In this document: positions 35,689 to 48,602 of the stretch, piece by piece
How positions within the stretch are numbered: position 1 is the stretch's first letter
Layout of the letters: the number at the start of each line of letters is the position of its first letter
Assembly: GCA_977017645.1 (NCBI GenBank)
Contig: OZ360232.1
Location: 28,458,001-28,522,000, forward strand
Source: Torpedo marmorata
Lineage: Eukaryota
DNA length: 64,000 bases
Reading direction: 5' to 3'
Translations under genes and position numbers: made by a program
The notes under the pieces: generated by a model
Databases searched by the model: none
The model's input: only the letters and a program-made list of their open reading frames with translations
What the model was told of the DNA's origin: nothing

Positions 35689-38530
35689 GCCCCTTTCACA
35701 CTGGCAACCCATTAAATAGGCGGGTAAACGACCCGGGTTGCAGTACCCAGTGAGATGTTCACACTGGACCATGAATTACCTGGTTCATGTGGATATCGCG
35801 AATCTAAGGGGGGCCCAACCTCCAGTGGTGATGTCCCGAGTGACGTATTACGTACTCGCAGGGCAGTGAAATCATAGCGGCAATAAAGCACATAAGCGCA
35901 CAATGTATAAAAGAGCGTGGGAAAAAACGCGCACAATTTAATAAGACATACGCGTGCAATGTATAAAAGACCGTGGGAAAATCTACTGAAATGGGCTTCA
36001 GACTGTTCAAACTTGGGAAATGAGAGGACATTGGGCTGAGCACTAATGCTAGTTCTGCGATCATACAGGGTAAAGAAGAACAACCAAGCATTTACATTGT
36101 ATTAGGTATTTTAAGTAATCTTGAGATGATTTAAAGCACAGGTACACGCTGACAGCTCCACCGGCCGTGCGCTGACAGCCCCGCCGGTCGCCCTGTGACA
36201 GCCCCGCCGGTCGCCCTGTGACAGCTACAGTGACTAGCTACATTAGTAAGTGTACTGATGAAGTCACTGTGCCGAAGACCATCATTACTCGCTCTAATCA
36301 GAAGCCAAGGATGACTGCGGAGGTGCATGTGCTGCTGAGGAGCCGAGACTCTGCCTTCAGAGCGGACAACAAGGTAAGCCTAGCTATTGCGAGAGGCAAG
36401 CTGTCTAAGGCCATCAGGGAGGCAAAGCGTGAACATGCTCAGCGAATTCATAGTCACTTTTAGGACAGCAAGGACACGCAACGCATGTGGAAGGGCATTC
36501 AAGATATCACCAACCACAAGACCACACCATCTGCCTGTGCTGATGATGCCTCCCTCCCAGATGCACTGAACCACTTCTTTGCGCGTTTTGAGGCGAAAAA
36601 TAATGCCAAGAAGACCACCGCTCCTCCAAATGATCAGGTGCTGTGTCTTACAGTGGCCGATGTGAGGAGAGTGTTAGCCAAGGTCAACCCACGGAAAGCT
36701 GCTGGTCCAGATAACATTCCCGGCAGAGTGCTCAGGGGATGTGCGGCTCAGCTGGCAGATGTTCTCACCGACATCTTTAACATCTCCCTGAGCAGCGCCA
36801 TGGTTCCGATGTGCTTCAAAGCCACCACCATCGTCCCCGTGTGCCGAAGAAGTCGTCAGTGTCCTGCCTCAATGACTACCGCCCTGTCGCACTCACGTCT
36901 ACTGTCATGAAGTGCTTCGAGAGGCTCGTCATGGGGCACATCAAGCTTCTGCTGCCCCCCTCACTGGACCCCCTGCAGTTTGCATATAGATCCAACCACT
37001 CTACAGATGATGCCATCACCACCACCCTCCATCTAGCCCTCACCCACCTGGAAAATAAGGACACATATGTTCGAATGCTGTTTATTGATTTCAGTTCGGC
37101 ATTCAACACAATCATACATCAGTACCTGATAAGGAAGTTGAGCAGGCTGGGCTTAAACACCTCCCTCTGCAATTGGATTCTTGACTTCCTGACAGGGAGA
37201 CCTCAGGCAGTCCGGATTGGAAACAGCACTTCTAAGATCATTACACTGAGCAGGGGGTCCCCCCAGGGCTGTGTGCTTAGTCCATTGCTGTTCACTCTGC
37301 TGACTCATGACTGTGCAGCAAAACACAGCACGAACCACATCATCAAGTTCGCTGACGATACGACCATGATGGGCCTTATCAGCAAGAACGATGAGTCAGC
37401 GTACAGAGATGAGGTGCAGTCGCTAATGGACTGGTGCAGAGCCAACAACCTGCATCTGAATGTTAATAAAACAAAAGAGCTGGTTGTCGGCTTCAGGAGG
37501 GCCCGGGGGGATCACTCTCCACTGACCATTGACGGCTCTACCATTGAGGTCGTCAAGGGTACCAAGTTTTTTGGTGTGCACTTGGCGGAGAATCTCACCT
37601 GGTCCCAACACCAGCTCCATAGCCAAGAAAGCCCAGCAGTGCCTCTACTTCCTGCGAAGGCTGAGGAAAGTTCATCTCCCACCCTTCATCTTTACTTCAT
37701 TCTTTAGAGAATGTATTGAGAGTATTCTGAGCAATTGCATCACCGCTTGGTTTGGAAACTGTACCATCTCAGACTGTAAGACCCTGCAGAGGATAGTGGG
37801 GTCAGCGGAGAAAATTATTGGGGTCTCTCTTCCTACCATGACGGACATCTACAACACACGATGCATGCGAAAGGCAAATAACATGGTGAAGGACTTCTCA
37901 CACCCCTCTTGTAAACTTTTCTCCCTTCTGCCATCTGGAAGGAGGTACCGTAGCATTCGGGCCCACACGTCCAGATTGTGCAACAGTTTTTTTCCCCCAA
38001 GCCATCAGGCTCCTCAATTTTTAGAAATATATGTGTATTAGCATATCATAGATTTTTTATTGTATTATAACTTAATATTTAACTTCTATTTATGTAAATT
38101 TGCTCATTATCCTGGAGAAACGCTATCTCGTCTTTACTGTGTATATGGTATGAACGACAAATAAAGGTGACTTGACTTGACTTGACAGTCCCGCTAGCTG
38201 CCCTGTGACAGCTCTACCGGCCGTGTGCTGACAGCCCCGCCGGCCGCCCTGTGAAATATTACACCACTGATATTAAAACTACCAGATTGACACATGCACG
38301 CAGGCACTGACGTCACTAATGGAACCCGGTAGAGCCGGTTGGCCGTTCACAGTGCAGTCAAGTCAAATCCGAGTTAACTCGGCCGGGCTCTGATACAACC
38401 CCCTACCAAGTATCACAGCACAGTTGACTTTTACCCCCCCTTCCCAGTTGGGAGCGCTTACACTGGCAGGTGACCCGCTAAATACCCACTAAATTTTCCG
38501 GTTCAACCCACGTTATTTGTCAGTGTGAAA
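35689..38530. mobile_element. Non-autonomous DNA transposon (PIF/Harbinger-like TIRs) containing a ~21-bp minisatellite and a LINE insertion
   Basis: TTTCACACTGGCAA / TTGTCAGTGTGAAA inverted ends, preceded by TAA; internal TCACACTGG-like repeats. Confidence 0.6.
36226..38185 (+). mobile_element. Rex1/Babar-like LINE, 5'-truncated, frameshifted
   Basis: [27 protein letters not shown] motifs; (GACTT)n tail. Confidence 0.9.
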
Positions 38531-38643
38531 CCAAGTACTTTCGTCTCTGGCCCATGTGAGTTTTTAACTGTTTGGGGCCATAATGTCAATGATTCTGTTG
38601 TGAAACAGCAGCACTGTGACTGGTTCTGTCTGAAAACCTTTAG

Positions 38644-38822
38644 AAGTAAAACACGAAAGTCTGTAGACACCGTGGTTGAAGTAAAAACACAGTGCTGGAG
38701 AAACTCAGCAGGTCAAACAGTGTCTTTTATATAGCAAAGATAAAGATACATAACCAACGTTTCAGGCTTGAGCCCTTCATCAACGTAAGGAAAAATGTCG
38801 GCAGGCGTCCGAACAAAATGGT
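38644..38822 (-). mobile_element. Penelope terminal-repeat fragment
   Basis: Matches 1618-1755 and 12998-13140. Confidence 0.8.
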
Positions 38823-39346
38823 AGCCCAGGGTTCACCTCATTGCATGATGTGTGGAGATAAAGGAAAGATTATCTTAATGCCAGCTGCGACATTCAGGTC
38901 ATTGTAATCTCTCAGACATTTCATCAGCAAATACAACATCCCTAGTTAGGACCTGTACATCTGGTGTAATTCAAATGTAAAACCAATGGAAAGGTAGGCT
39001 GGAAAGGGAAGAGTCCTGGGCATCGTGGATGCAATTGTTGATTTTATACAGCCGAGGATATGAGAATTAAGTGGGGAAGTGGATAATCCACAGAATCAGG
39101 CATTGTGCTATCTAATGTTGTGGGAGGTGCAAGAGGCTTTCATCACTTCATCTACGTCCAGATCTGTATTATTTGTTGCTGCAATGGTGTGATCCTACAG
39201 AGACTGGAACTATCCAAATGAAATGGTTGAGTGTTCAACATGCTGTTAAAACTGATTGCAGCATATAGTCCATTCATTTATTTGAGTTTCTCATTACAAT
39301 TATGCAATTGTGAGGAAGTTTATCTCCATGGTTTTATAGTGTAAAC

Positions 39347-39574
39347 CAACCATTCTCAACCTTTTTTTTGGCTATGCCCCCTTAGGGACTCTGCTAAAAG
39401 TTTATGGGCCCACTTTTCTGTGAAGCAGTCATGTTTAGTTGGTTTCTTCCATATTTCTCTCCTACCCCCCTCAACACCTTCGGGTGCCCCCTGTTTAAAG
39501 ATTTCAGTCCGTGGCTCCCCCTTAAATGTGCTGTGACACCCAGGGAGCTGTATAGCCCCTGTTGAGAATAGTTG
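39347..39574. mobile_element. hAT-type MITE
   Basis: TIRs CAACCATTCTCAAC / GTTGAGAATAGTTG; 8-bp TSD GTGTAAAC/GTGTAAAG. Confidence 0.8.
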
Positions 39575-41454
39575 GTGTAAAGGAGAATTGCAGGTTGAAA
39601 AGCCATCCTCATGAAACGCTCTTCTAAGCCATGAACTCCCTTAACAACCTGAACGAGGAGGTATGGAATTTCTCCCACAGTGTCCCGAGTAGTGGCCGGG
39701 GACAGAAATGGTAGATCAGCCACATGAAGTCAGGCATTACAAATATGAAATAAAATGTACAGTGACGTGTTGCATTTGAGATCGAGCAGCCAGTGCAGCC
39801 AGATGGCATCACACTATGATATCTCGTGAAACCCATTTTGAACTGAATTTTCAGCCATGTAGCTTCGAACCTTTAGATATTTTATGGCTTTATCACTCAT
39901 ACACTTCATTTCCCACGCAAAAAATGTTGAAGTTGCCCTCACCCCCATCTTAATCACAGCCTTTCTAATTCAATCCTGGAAGGGTGACCTGCAATTAGTC
40001 AATTGAACAGGAATTTAAAAAGTCCACACATTAATGCGATTTCCCATTAATTTTTCATGTGATGGCCGAGCCAAAAAAAAACTTGAGCTAACAGCACATC
40101 TGCACTTCGGCAGAAATTAAATTTGTCACACTCCCAAGGAGGTCTTCACTACATCACACAAAACCAAAATACTCTGTCATGTGTTGGGCATCTGCTTCAC
40201 ACACAGCAGTGCACTGATGACTCCAGCGAAAGGCAATTCCTTTCCCCTTGCTTCTCACTGTTTGACAGACAAACACCACTCTCCACTGCAGGTGTTCCTC
40301 TGTCAAACAAGATCAGTAGGCTTAGCTGAGTCGTACTTTCAACAACGAAAACAGCAACTACTTGTATTCATACCGTGCCTATAATGTCAGAAAACATCCA
40401 AGCAGTTCACAGGAGAGATTTCAAAATTTAACAGAAAGCAGCAGAAGGAAGTATTCGGCAGTTCACAAACACAAGGTTCTTCCTCATTGTGGCACATGAA
40501 TTAATTACACTCTTCACGACACAACTTGCATCATATTCACAAGATTATTTCTCGACTGGCAATGGCTGTCAATTTTCTCAATTACTTCCTGAATTTTCTT
40601 CTCACCTTCTTCTGTATCCCAAGCCTCGGTCAAATGTTATATGCAGCCATGACTACTCATGTTGATCATTCCCTTCTGCGGCATCTCACAGTTAATTCTT
40701 CTGTCCAATTTGTTTTAAATTCTTTTTGATTGATTCTCAGTTTTGAGCCATTTGATAGGCACAGTTGCATTCCTAATCATGAAAAAATGCCTAAAACAGC
40801 ACAAATCTAAGATTTATACTCCAAGGTCCAATCAAAAAAGGTAACACAAATCAATCTTTGAACATGGTTAGTCCAATTAACATCCGATAGTGGAATTGCA
40901 GTTTTCCATGTAATATACACATGCTTCTTTCTTATCTCAAATTGCTGTCAACAAATGTTACCAATTCTAGTGCCATGTATCATTTTTTTAACAACATAAT
41001 AGATGCCCTCTGTTCTGCAATATAGCACCTCTGTTTTTGCTTCAGGGAATAAAACAACTTCACTGCCGTGTCTGATTATTTGTTCGTTGCTGCCGTTAAT
41101 CTCTTTGGTGACCTCTTGCACTCCAACAGGTACAGAGAACATAATGACCCAAGAAATTTGTCTGTTCTAATCTGTGCATAATCCAATTATTCTCATTTTG
41201 CGGAGATTGACACTTTCTTACCTCATAGCAACCAGTTACATTATGTCACCTGTGTCTTCTGTCAATCAACCAATACGGAGGAATGATGCTGAGGGAGAAA
41301 TGTAACGAAGTGACAGAAAAAAATTAATGAGGGAAAAATCACAACAGGGATGGAAGATCATTAAATCAATGAAACATGGCTTCATTCAGTTCAATGTGAA
41401 GTAGATCTGGTCTATAGCATGTCAATGCCATGTTAACATCCAGAATTCCAGATC

Positions 41455-41603
41455 GCAAGATATAGGAGCAGAACTAGGCCAATCGGCGATCGAGTCTGCC
41501 ATTCTATCATAAGCTGTTCCAACCTCTCACTCAGCCCCACTTCCCTGCCTTCTCCCCGGAACCCTTGATACCCTGACTAATCAAATACCTGTCAATCTCT
41601 GCC
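41455..41603 (-). mobile_element. CR1 3' end fragment
   Basis: Reverse complement resembles 33755-33905. Confidence 0.65.
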
Positions 41604-43076
41604 TGGAGATTGCTGGAGAAATAGCAGAAGGCAAGTGTAAATGTTGAAACATTTAAAAACAAGGAAAGGTGAAGGAATTAGGAACCAGTGGAAGGGTCAC
41701 TCCAAGAAAGTACGATGTATCTTTTGCTCCAATTCTTTGCAGAAATTTACCCTCGGTTGTTAATTGGACTAACCATGTTCAAAGATTGATTTGTGTTACG
41801 CACTTTACTCCATTTATAGAGTGAATTCCAGAAGCAGATGATGTGCAACCACTCCATCTTGTGAGTTAATTGAAAGTGAACAAGGTGAAATGTTTATCCT
41901 GATCCAGCTCCATTCGGGATTATGGTGCTTTCTGATGGGAAAAATGAGCTGAAAAGCAGCCACACCAATTAGAAAAAGGCCAAACTTTTTAATCACTGGT
42001 TTGGCATCAATATTTGTATGATTAGATTTTGATTATTATTGACAATTTAATAACATCTTAAATTACCTCTCAACACTTGATGCTGAGTGCTTCAAATGCT
42101 TGTTCACTATTGGTTGAATAATCTTCATGCATGCTTTCACTGCCAACTTAAATTCTTTGTCAGTATAATTATGCAATGAAGGAAATGATATTTTCAAGCA
42201 TCTACATCAGAAATCTATCCGTCTGTCAACCAATCGACTGACAAAAAGATTGAACTTTGACCAATCATAATATAACCCATTCTTCCTTTGAATTTAAGTT
42301 TAAAATTGTATGAAGATAAGAGTCATTAAAAGATAGCAGATTTACAATTAAAAGAAAATCAAATGTATTATCACAGAATGTTGTCCCTGGCAACAATCTC
42401 GACAGCAAGAAGGAGGTGTGTCAGCAAGAGATAGGTAAGAATAAGGAAAGAAAAGCACTCTTGCTCTTTCAAACACTAAATTCACCACTGTGCTTCTATT
42501 AAAATAAATATTCCAGAAAATAATGCCTGTTATAGTGTGCTTAATTATCACATTGTTCCCTTTTATATGAAGATGAAATAAAATTATTTTTATGATTCAT
42601 TCATAGGATATAGACATTTCTGATAATGCTAACTGTCTTCATACCGACGCACGTTGGAGCGCAGTTAAGTGTCAATCAGATTGCCATTGGTTTGCATTCA
42701 TAGAGTGAACAGACCAAGTCAAGGCAGCAGATTTCCATTCCAAAAGATATGAATGCACCAGGGTTGGGATGGTTGAGGAAAGGGGTGAGGGGATGGGGGA
42801 GAGAAGAGGCTGTGCTCTGGGCGAACAACCATTCAGTAGTTGTCCAGTCACCAGTATTGATTCTAAATTTGAATTTCACAGTGACTACAGTGGGACTTGA
42901 GCTCATATTCTCAGTTTACTTGTCCCAGCATGACAGAACCATTGTGTTCCAATAGGAAATCAACATGAATAAGAACAAAAAATAGATAACTTGACCGCCA
43001 AGCCAATCCTTGTGATGAAAATCGTGAATGGTTTCACTCCTAATACTCTCTAAATCTAAATATACCTTCTTTATAG

Positions 43077-43312
43077 GGTGGCACGGTTGGTGTAGCGGTT
43101 AGTGCAACACTATTACAGCACCAGAGACCCAGGTTCGAATCCGGCTCTGTCTGTAAGGAGTTTGTACTTTCTCCCAGTGTCTGCGTGGGTTTCCTCTGGG
43201 ACTCCAGTTTCCTCTCACCCTTCAAAATATTCGGGGGTTGTTGGGTAATTGGGTATATTTGGGCGGCACAGACACATGGCCGAAAAGTCCTGTTACCATG
43301 CTGTATGTCTAA
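43077..43312 (+). mobile_element. tRNA-derived SINE (HE1/V-SINE-like)
   Basis: A box TGGTGTAGCGGTT, B box GGTTCGAATCC, core TCTGCGTGGGTTTCCTC. Confidence 0.85.
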
Positions 43313-44145
43313 TTTTTTTTTAAAAATTGAGCAGCATTGCTCTCTCCTTTCATAACCATGACTATTGAATGAGTTAGCAAGTGTCCTCTCCACCATCTTT
43401 GCTTCAAGGAAATTATCCTCAGTATCTTTTGTTTAACCATAAAACTGAAACCTGCAGAACCATTTTATTATTCCATTCTTTACCTTCACCACAACCTGAC
43501 AAGTAGAAATTTTGGTGCATCTGTACATTGTTCTTGTGTATATGACAATAAACTCTAATATTAAGTGTGGTCTCGAACATTGGATGTATTACTTCAGCTG
43601 TGGGTTATTCAGTGTTTGATAAAGATTCAACATAACATTCCTCTCCCCCATCCAATTTCTGTATTCTTTCAAATGCTCAAAATCAACAAGACCGCTGTGA
43701 GTGATGTATACAGGCACTGAGCCTCTCCAAGTTCAAGTACCTGACACAACCCATAGAAGCAAGAATAACGTTATTCTCCAGTGGATCAGAAAACCCATCA
43801 GGTAAAGCATTAAGTAAGAAGTGCTTGCAGAGCAGATTATTGGACGGAAGATTAATTTTCTGCATATATTGTTTGTGTTTAAATAAGTTCAATAACCTTA
43901 AGGTATGAATAATGCTCTTACCCTCTACTTCAAATTCAACACTCAGCAACCTATCTCCCTTGCTTTTCTTCATTGTGCCATAATTACTCCAGCACATTTC
44001 AAATCATGCCTTGTCCACCTTTCCTACATTGTAATCCCCGAACTACTCTTGCCATAAAATGTTACGGGAACACCAATAGATCTGTCTGCACCATTGAAAC
44101 ATCACTTTTTGAATTAACTGCAACTGTAAGTGTTTATTTATCTAT

Positions 44146-45070
44146 CAGCTGCATCACAGTGTGGTACGGTTGCTGTGGAGCATTGGATCAGAGGTCAATC
44201 CACAGGACCATAAGTGCGGCAGAGAGGAATCAGAATCAGAATCAGAATCAGAATTTATTGTCATGAACAAGTCATGAAATTCGGTGTTTTGCGGCAGCAT
44301 CATAGTGCAATTAACATTCATATTAACCATCTAACGACATTACTATAAAAAATTATAAACAATAGTGCACGAAAAGTAAGGCAGTGTCTTTGGTTCATTG
44401 ATTATTCAGGAATCTGATGGCAGCGGGGAAGAAGCTGTCCTTGTGCCGTTGAGTGCTTGCCTTTAGGCTCCTGTACCTTTTTCCCGATGGAAGCAGAGTG
44501 AAGAGGGCATGGCCTGGGTGGTGGGGGTCCTTGAGGATAGAGGCTGCTTTTTTAAGACACCGCCTCATGTAGATGTCCTCGATGGAGTGAAGTTTGGTGC
44601 CTGTGATGTCACAGGCCGAGTTAACAACCTTCTGGAGTTTACTCTTGTCCTGGGAGTTGGCGCCTCCATACCAGATCACTGGGGTCTCCCCCCCACCCAA
44701 ACCCATCGTTGTCTGAAGAGGGCACGCAAAATCGTTGTGGACTCCTACCACCCCACACACAGCATCTTTCAGCTACTCCCATTGGGAAAAAGATACAGGA
44801 GTATCAGAGCCAGCACCACTGGGCTGAGAAACAGCTTCTTCCCATGGGCAGTGAGATTGCTGAATGATTGAATGAACTGCTCATGCAAACTTCAAAGAGT
44901 ATACTATTTATTATTTATTTTTCTATATGTATATATGTACTGCATATGAATCGTTTGTCTGTGTGTTATGTCTGGACGTGTGTTTGCATGTTCTTGTAGT
45001 GAGGACCAGAGAACGCTGTTTCGTCGGGTTGTACTTGTACAATCGGATTATAATAAAATTGAACTTGAAC
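44146..45070 (+). mobile_element. Rex1-like 3' fragment with a second, minus-strand Rex1-like 3' end nested at 44228-44672
   Basis: Both have LLP.GKRYRS motifs; tails (GAACTT)n and (TTCTGA)n. Confidence 0.8.
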
Positions 45071-45702
45071 TTCTGTTTTATGGCAGAAAACACAATGACA
45101 CATAATGAAACAAAACACATTCTCCAATGTAACTCCAATGCAAAGTGAATGTGCGTTACCTTCAAAATGAAGGACCGGCAGATCTCGAAGTAGATTTAGC
45201 CATTCTGTTCATGAGGGAGTCTCACAGATTAAGAAAGTGTGTTACTTTTGCTCAGAACCATTGGCATTGCACATATCAGCGCTGAGGGAGGGAAATCGCT
45301 ATTCTTCTTCCTGCCTGTCTTGAGAATTCAGCAGTCTCCACTGGAAGAGTGCAACTGAGACTTGAGGACAGGGGCTAGCCCACCCAAGGTCAGATCCCTT
45401 GCTAATATGCAACTGTAAATCTTTTCTAGCCAGAAGTAAACAGAGCACAGGAAAGAATAATGACAAGTAAAAATGATTTTGATGCAATCTCTACAAACAA
45501 TCAGCACTGCTCCTAAATCTAATATAATGCATTCAGAATAAACCTGACATTGACTTTTTTTGATAAAGGCAAAGTGCATCTTTTAAGATTATGAATATTA
45601 GATCAGATACTGCCAGTGAGACAATCAGATTGTCCATTTTGTATCCGATTTTCCATTCACTTTGAACACCTATATAATATTTCCTATTTTGAAGAGCAGA
45701 CA

Positions 45703-46484
45703 GAAAATGGCGGCGCTGCCGGAGCCGCTGTAGCAGCAGTGCTCCCGCAGGGTCCAGCCGCCCAGTCGACTGCCGTTGGCTCCGCACAGGCTTTGAACGG
45801 CCTGTTGAGGGAGCCAACGGTGGTTTTATTTGAGATCCTGTAACCGCAGGGTCTGCGCCCAAGATGGCAGCACCTATTAATCGGCAGCAGCCACGAGGGA
45901 AGTGGAGGACTGGAGCAGGGCACCAGAGGATGGAAAGATCACCCCCCCATCTGAGAAGGAGAAGCGGAGGAGACGACCCATGGGATGGTGACCACGGCGG
46001 CAGACCAGTGAGGGGCTCTGAGGCTGAAGGACTAGTGCATGCGGCGGGCTGCTGGCGACTCGAGGCGAGGAACCCGCGGAGGCTGTGGGCTGCTGTCGGG
46101 AGACTCGCGCCGAGCTGCGGACTGCTGGAAACTGGCTCGAACTGGCTGGAGGAGTACCAGGTATCGGAACCGGGATGCAAGGGGGTGCCGAGGGCGCCGA
46201 AGGTTTCCTGACCATGTCGGAGGTTCGGATCTGGAGCTCGGGTTGCTGATGGTTTGGACTGGACTCTGTGAGGCTGCGGAGGTGCTGGAGGTGAATCTAC
46301 AGACACTCGGTGACTCTGGGGGGAATCTCTTTTGCTTCTCTTTCTCTGACTGTAAGGAATGTTAGAGGCACTTAGGCAATTTCTGCCGGTGGCGAATCTG
46401 TCTGCCTTGCAGCAGGCAAAAAGAAATTTCATGGAATATGTCACTGTTTTATTACTATGACAATAAATTGAATCTTGATCTTGA
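45703..46484 (+). mobile_element. GC-rich non-coding retroposon with LINE-type tail
   Basis: Second 5'-truncated copy at 61168-61698; ends ATGACAATAAA..(ATCTTG)n. Confidence 0.7.
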
Positions 46485-47064
46485 AACTAACACCCTGAGT
46501 CGTGAATAGCATTTAAGCAAAAACTGCCATGATGAAGGTTACAGATTTATATTTTGTTTAGTCCCGAATTTCTTCTCAATTTTGATTTTATTTTCATCTC
46601 ATTTTATTTTGTTTTTTTTTTCATTTCTGCTGAGTTAAACTGAAATAAATCTCTGCATATTAATGAATCCTTAAGAACTTTTAACCCAACTATCCTGGAA
46701 GTTCAATCATGTTCTTTTATTGTTACCCAATGAAAAATTTATAGAATGAAATGTGATCATAGTCATCTCCAAATTCCTGTCGTGAGGCATCATTGCACAA
46801 TTTAGTCTCAATTGTCTTAGGAGCGACTGTTAGCGACTCATTGAGTCATGCCTTGACGGGGCAAACAAAAGAAAATATTTTTGTCTATTTTGTGTACAAT
46901 AAATGGAATCTTGAATTTACAGCACGGAACAGGCACTTCAACCCAACTTGTTCATGCTGACCAAGTTGGCTATTCTGGTCTAATCACATGTGCCTGCAGT
47001 TGGATCATACCCTTCTAAGCCCTTCCTATCCTTAAATCTGTCAGTATATAATTTATTTTTACAA

Positions 47065-47302
47065 TTTTTTTATGTTAGAGATACAGCATGATAACAGACC
47101 CTTCTGGTTCATGAACCCATGCCATCTAAATACAGCAATTAACCTACAAACCCCGTACGATTTTGGAGTGTTGGAAGAAACCGGAGCACCCGGAGGAAAC
47201 CCACACAGGTCATGAGGAGAATGTACAAACTCCTTACAGACAGCACCGATTCAAACCCGGATCACGGGCGCTGAAAGTAGTGACCATTAGCCGTGCCACC
47301 CT
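47065..47302 (-). mobile_element. tRNA-derived SINE (HE1/V-SINE-like)
   Basis: Reverse complement of the 43077 family. Confidence 0.8.
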
Positions 47303-47695
47303 TCTGGAACTTTCTTGGTGCCAGAGGCTCAGAGGGGGGTGAATATTTTCAGTGTATCCAGGATGGTTTCCTGAAACAGTATATAAATAGTCTAACCAAG
47401 AAAGAGGTCACACTGGATCTTGCATTGGATATGTGCCTGGCCAGGTGACTGAGGTTTCACTGAGTGAGTATTTTGGAAGCAGTGATCATAACTCCACAAG
47501 TTTTTAAGTTGTTCTGGATAAGGATAACACCGGATTTTGGGTGAAGGCTAAATTGAGGAAACAATAATTGCAGTATTGGGAAGGAGCTGGGGAAAGTGGA
47601 TTGGGGATGGCTGTGATTCCGCACGTCCACACCAGACATATGCTTCCTTAATCTCCACATTGTCCAGCACACAAGCTGGTCATAATACGGGAGCA

Positions 47696-47826
47696 AAACA
47701 CGAAAGTCTGCAGATGCTGTGATTGTAGTAAAAACACAGAAATGCTGGAGGAACTCTGCAGGTCTCGCAGTGTCCATAGGAGGTAAAGATATATTACCGA
47801 CGATTCGGGCTTGAGCCCTTCTTCAG
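47696..47826 (-). mobile_element. Penelope terminal-repeat fragment
   Basis: Matches 20570-20700. Confidence 0.8.
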
Positions 47827-47872
47827 CTATGGAAAATGTAGACAGCATATGAATAAAAGAAATGGTCAGGGG

Positions 47873-48076
47873 AGGGCGGCACAGTTGGCGTAGCGGTTAG
47901 CGCAATGCCGTTACAATGCCAGCGATCGGGACCGGGGTTCGAATCCAACGATGTCTGTAAGGTGTTTGTACGTTCTACCCGTGTCTGCGTGGGTTTTCCC
48001 TGGGGGCTCCGGTTTCCTCCCACCGTTTGAAATGTACCGGGGGTTGTAGGTTAATTGGGTATAATTGGGCGGCAGT
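47873..48076 (+). mobile_element. tRNA-derived SINE (HE1/V-SINE-like)
   Basis: A/B boxes and the same core as 43077. Confidence 0.85.
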
Positions 48077-48441
48077 GCTTTCTGAGCTAAGCCTCATTCC
48101 GCACAGTGAAAAGAGACTGAGGGGAGTCTCATGAATTTTACACACATTTTTTAATGTAACTGCACATAGGACTCCAAACTTGGTCTCACAGTATTCCCAC
48201 TTTTTTTCACCAACCACCGTCTAAAATTTAGGCTGCCTGTCATTGCCTCATTTCTGCTTGTGAGAGATTGCTGTGCCAAAGTGGACTTTCATGAATCCTA
48301 AATTGCAATGTTGACCACACCTCACAAGTGGCTGCCAAGGGGCCCGCAGGAGAAAGAATCTTGGGGTTTTATGTCATGTCATGTATGTACTCTGACAATA
48401 AATCTGAACTTTGAACTTTTAGATTGTGAGTGGGGCAACTT

Positions 48442-48602
48442 GGGTGGCACGGTTAGTGTAGCAGTTAGCGCAACGCTGTTACAGTGCAAGTGATCGGGAC
48501 TGGGTTTCGAATCCCGCGCTGTCTGTAAGGAGTTTGTACTTTTTCCCCGTGTCTGCGTGGGTTTTCCCTGAGGGCTCCAGTTTCCTCCCACCGTTCCAAA
48601 CG
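48442..48602 (+). mobile_element. tRNA-derived SINE, 3'-truncated by CR1
   Basis: A/B boxes and the same core as 43077. Confidence 0.8.

Noticed and set aside
43077-43150. tRNA genes (also at 47873, 48442, 59164)
   Set aside because: The A/B boxes continue into a shared SINE body, so these are SINE heads.
45533-46444. 303-aa ORF and overlapping ORFs as a novel protein
   Set aside because: GC-rich repeat that is open in several frames; the second copy at 61168 does not keep the frame.
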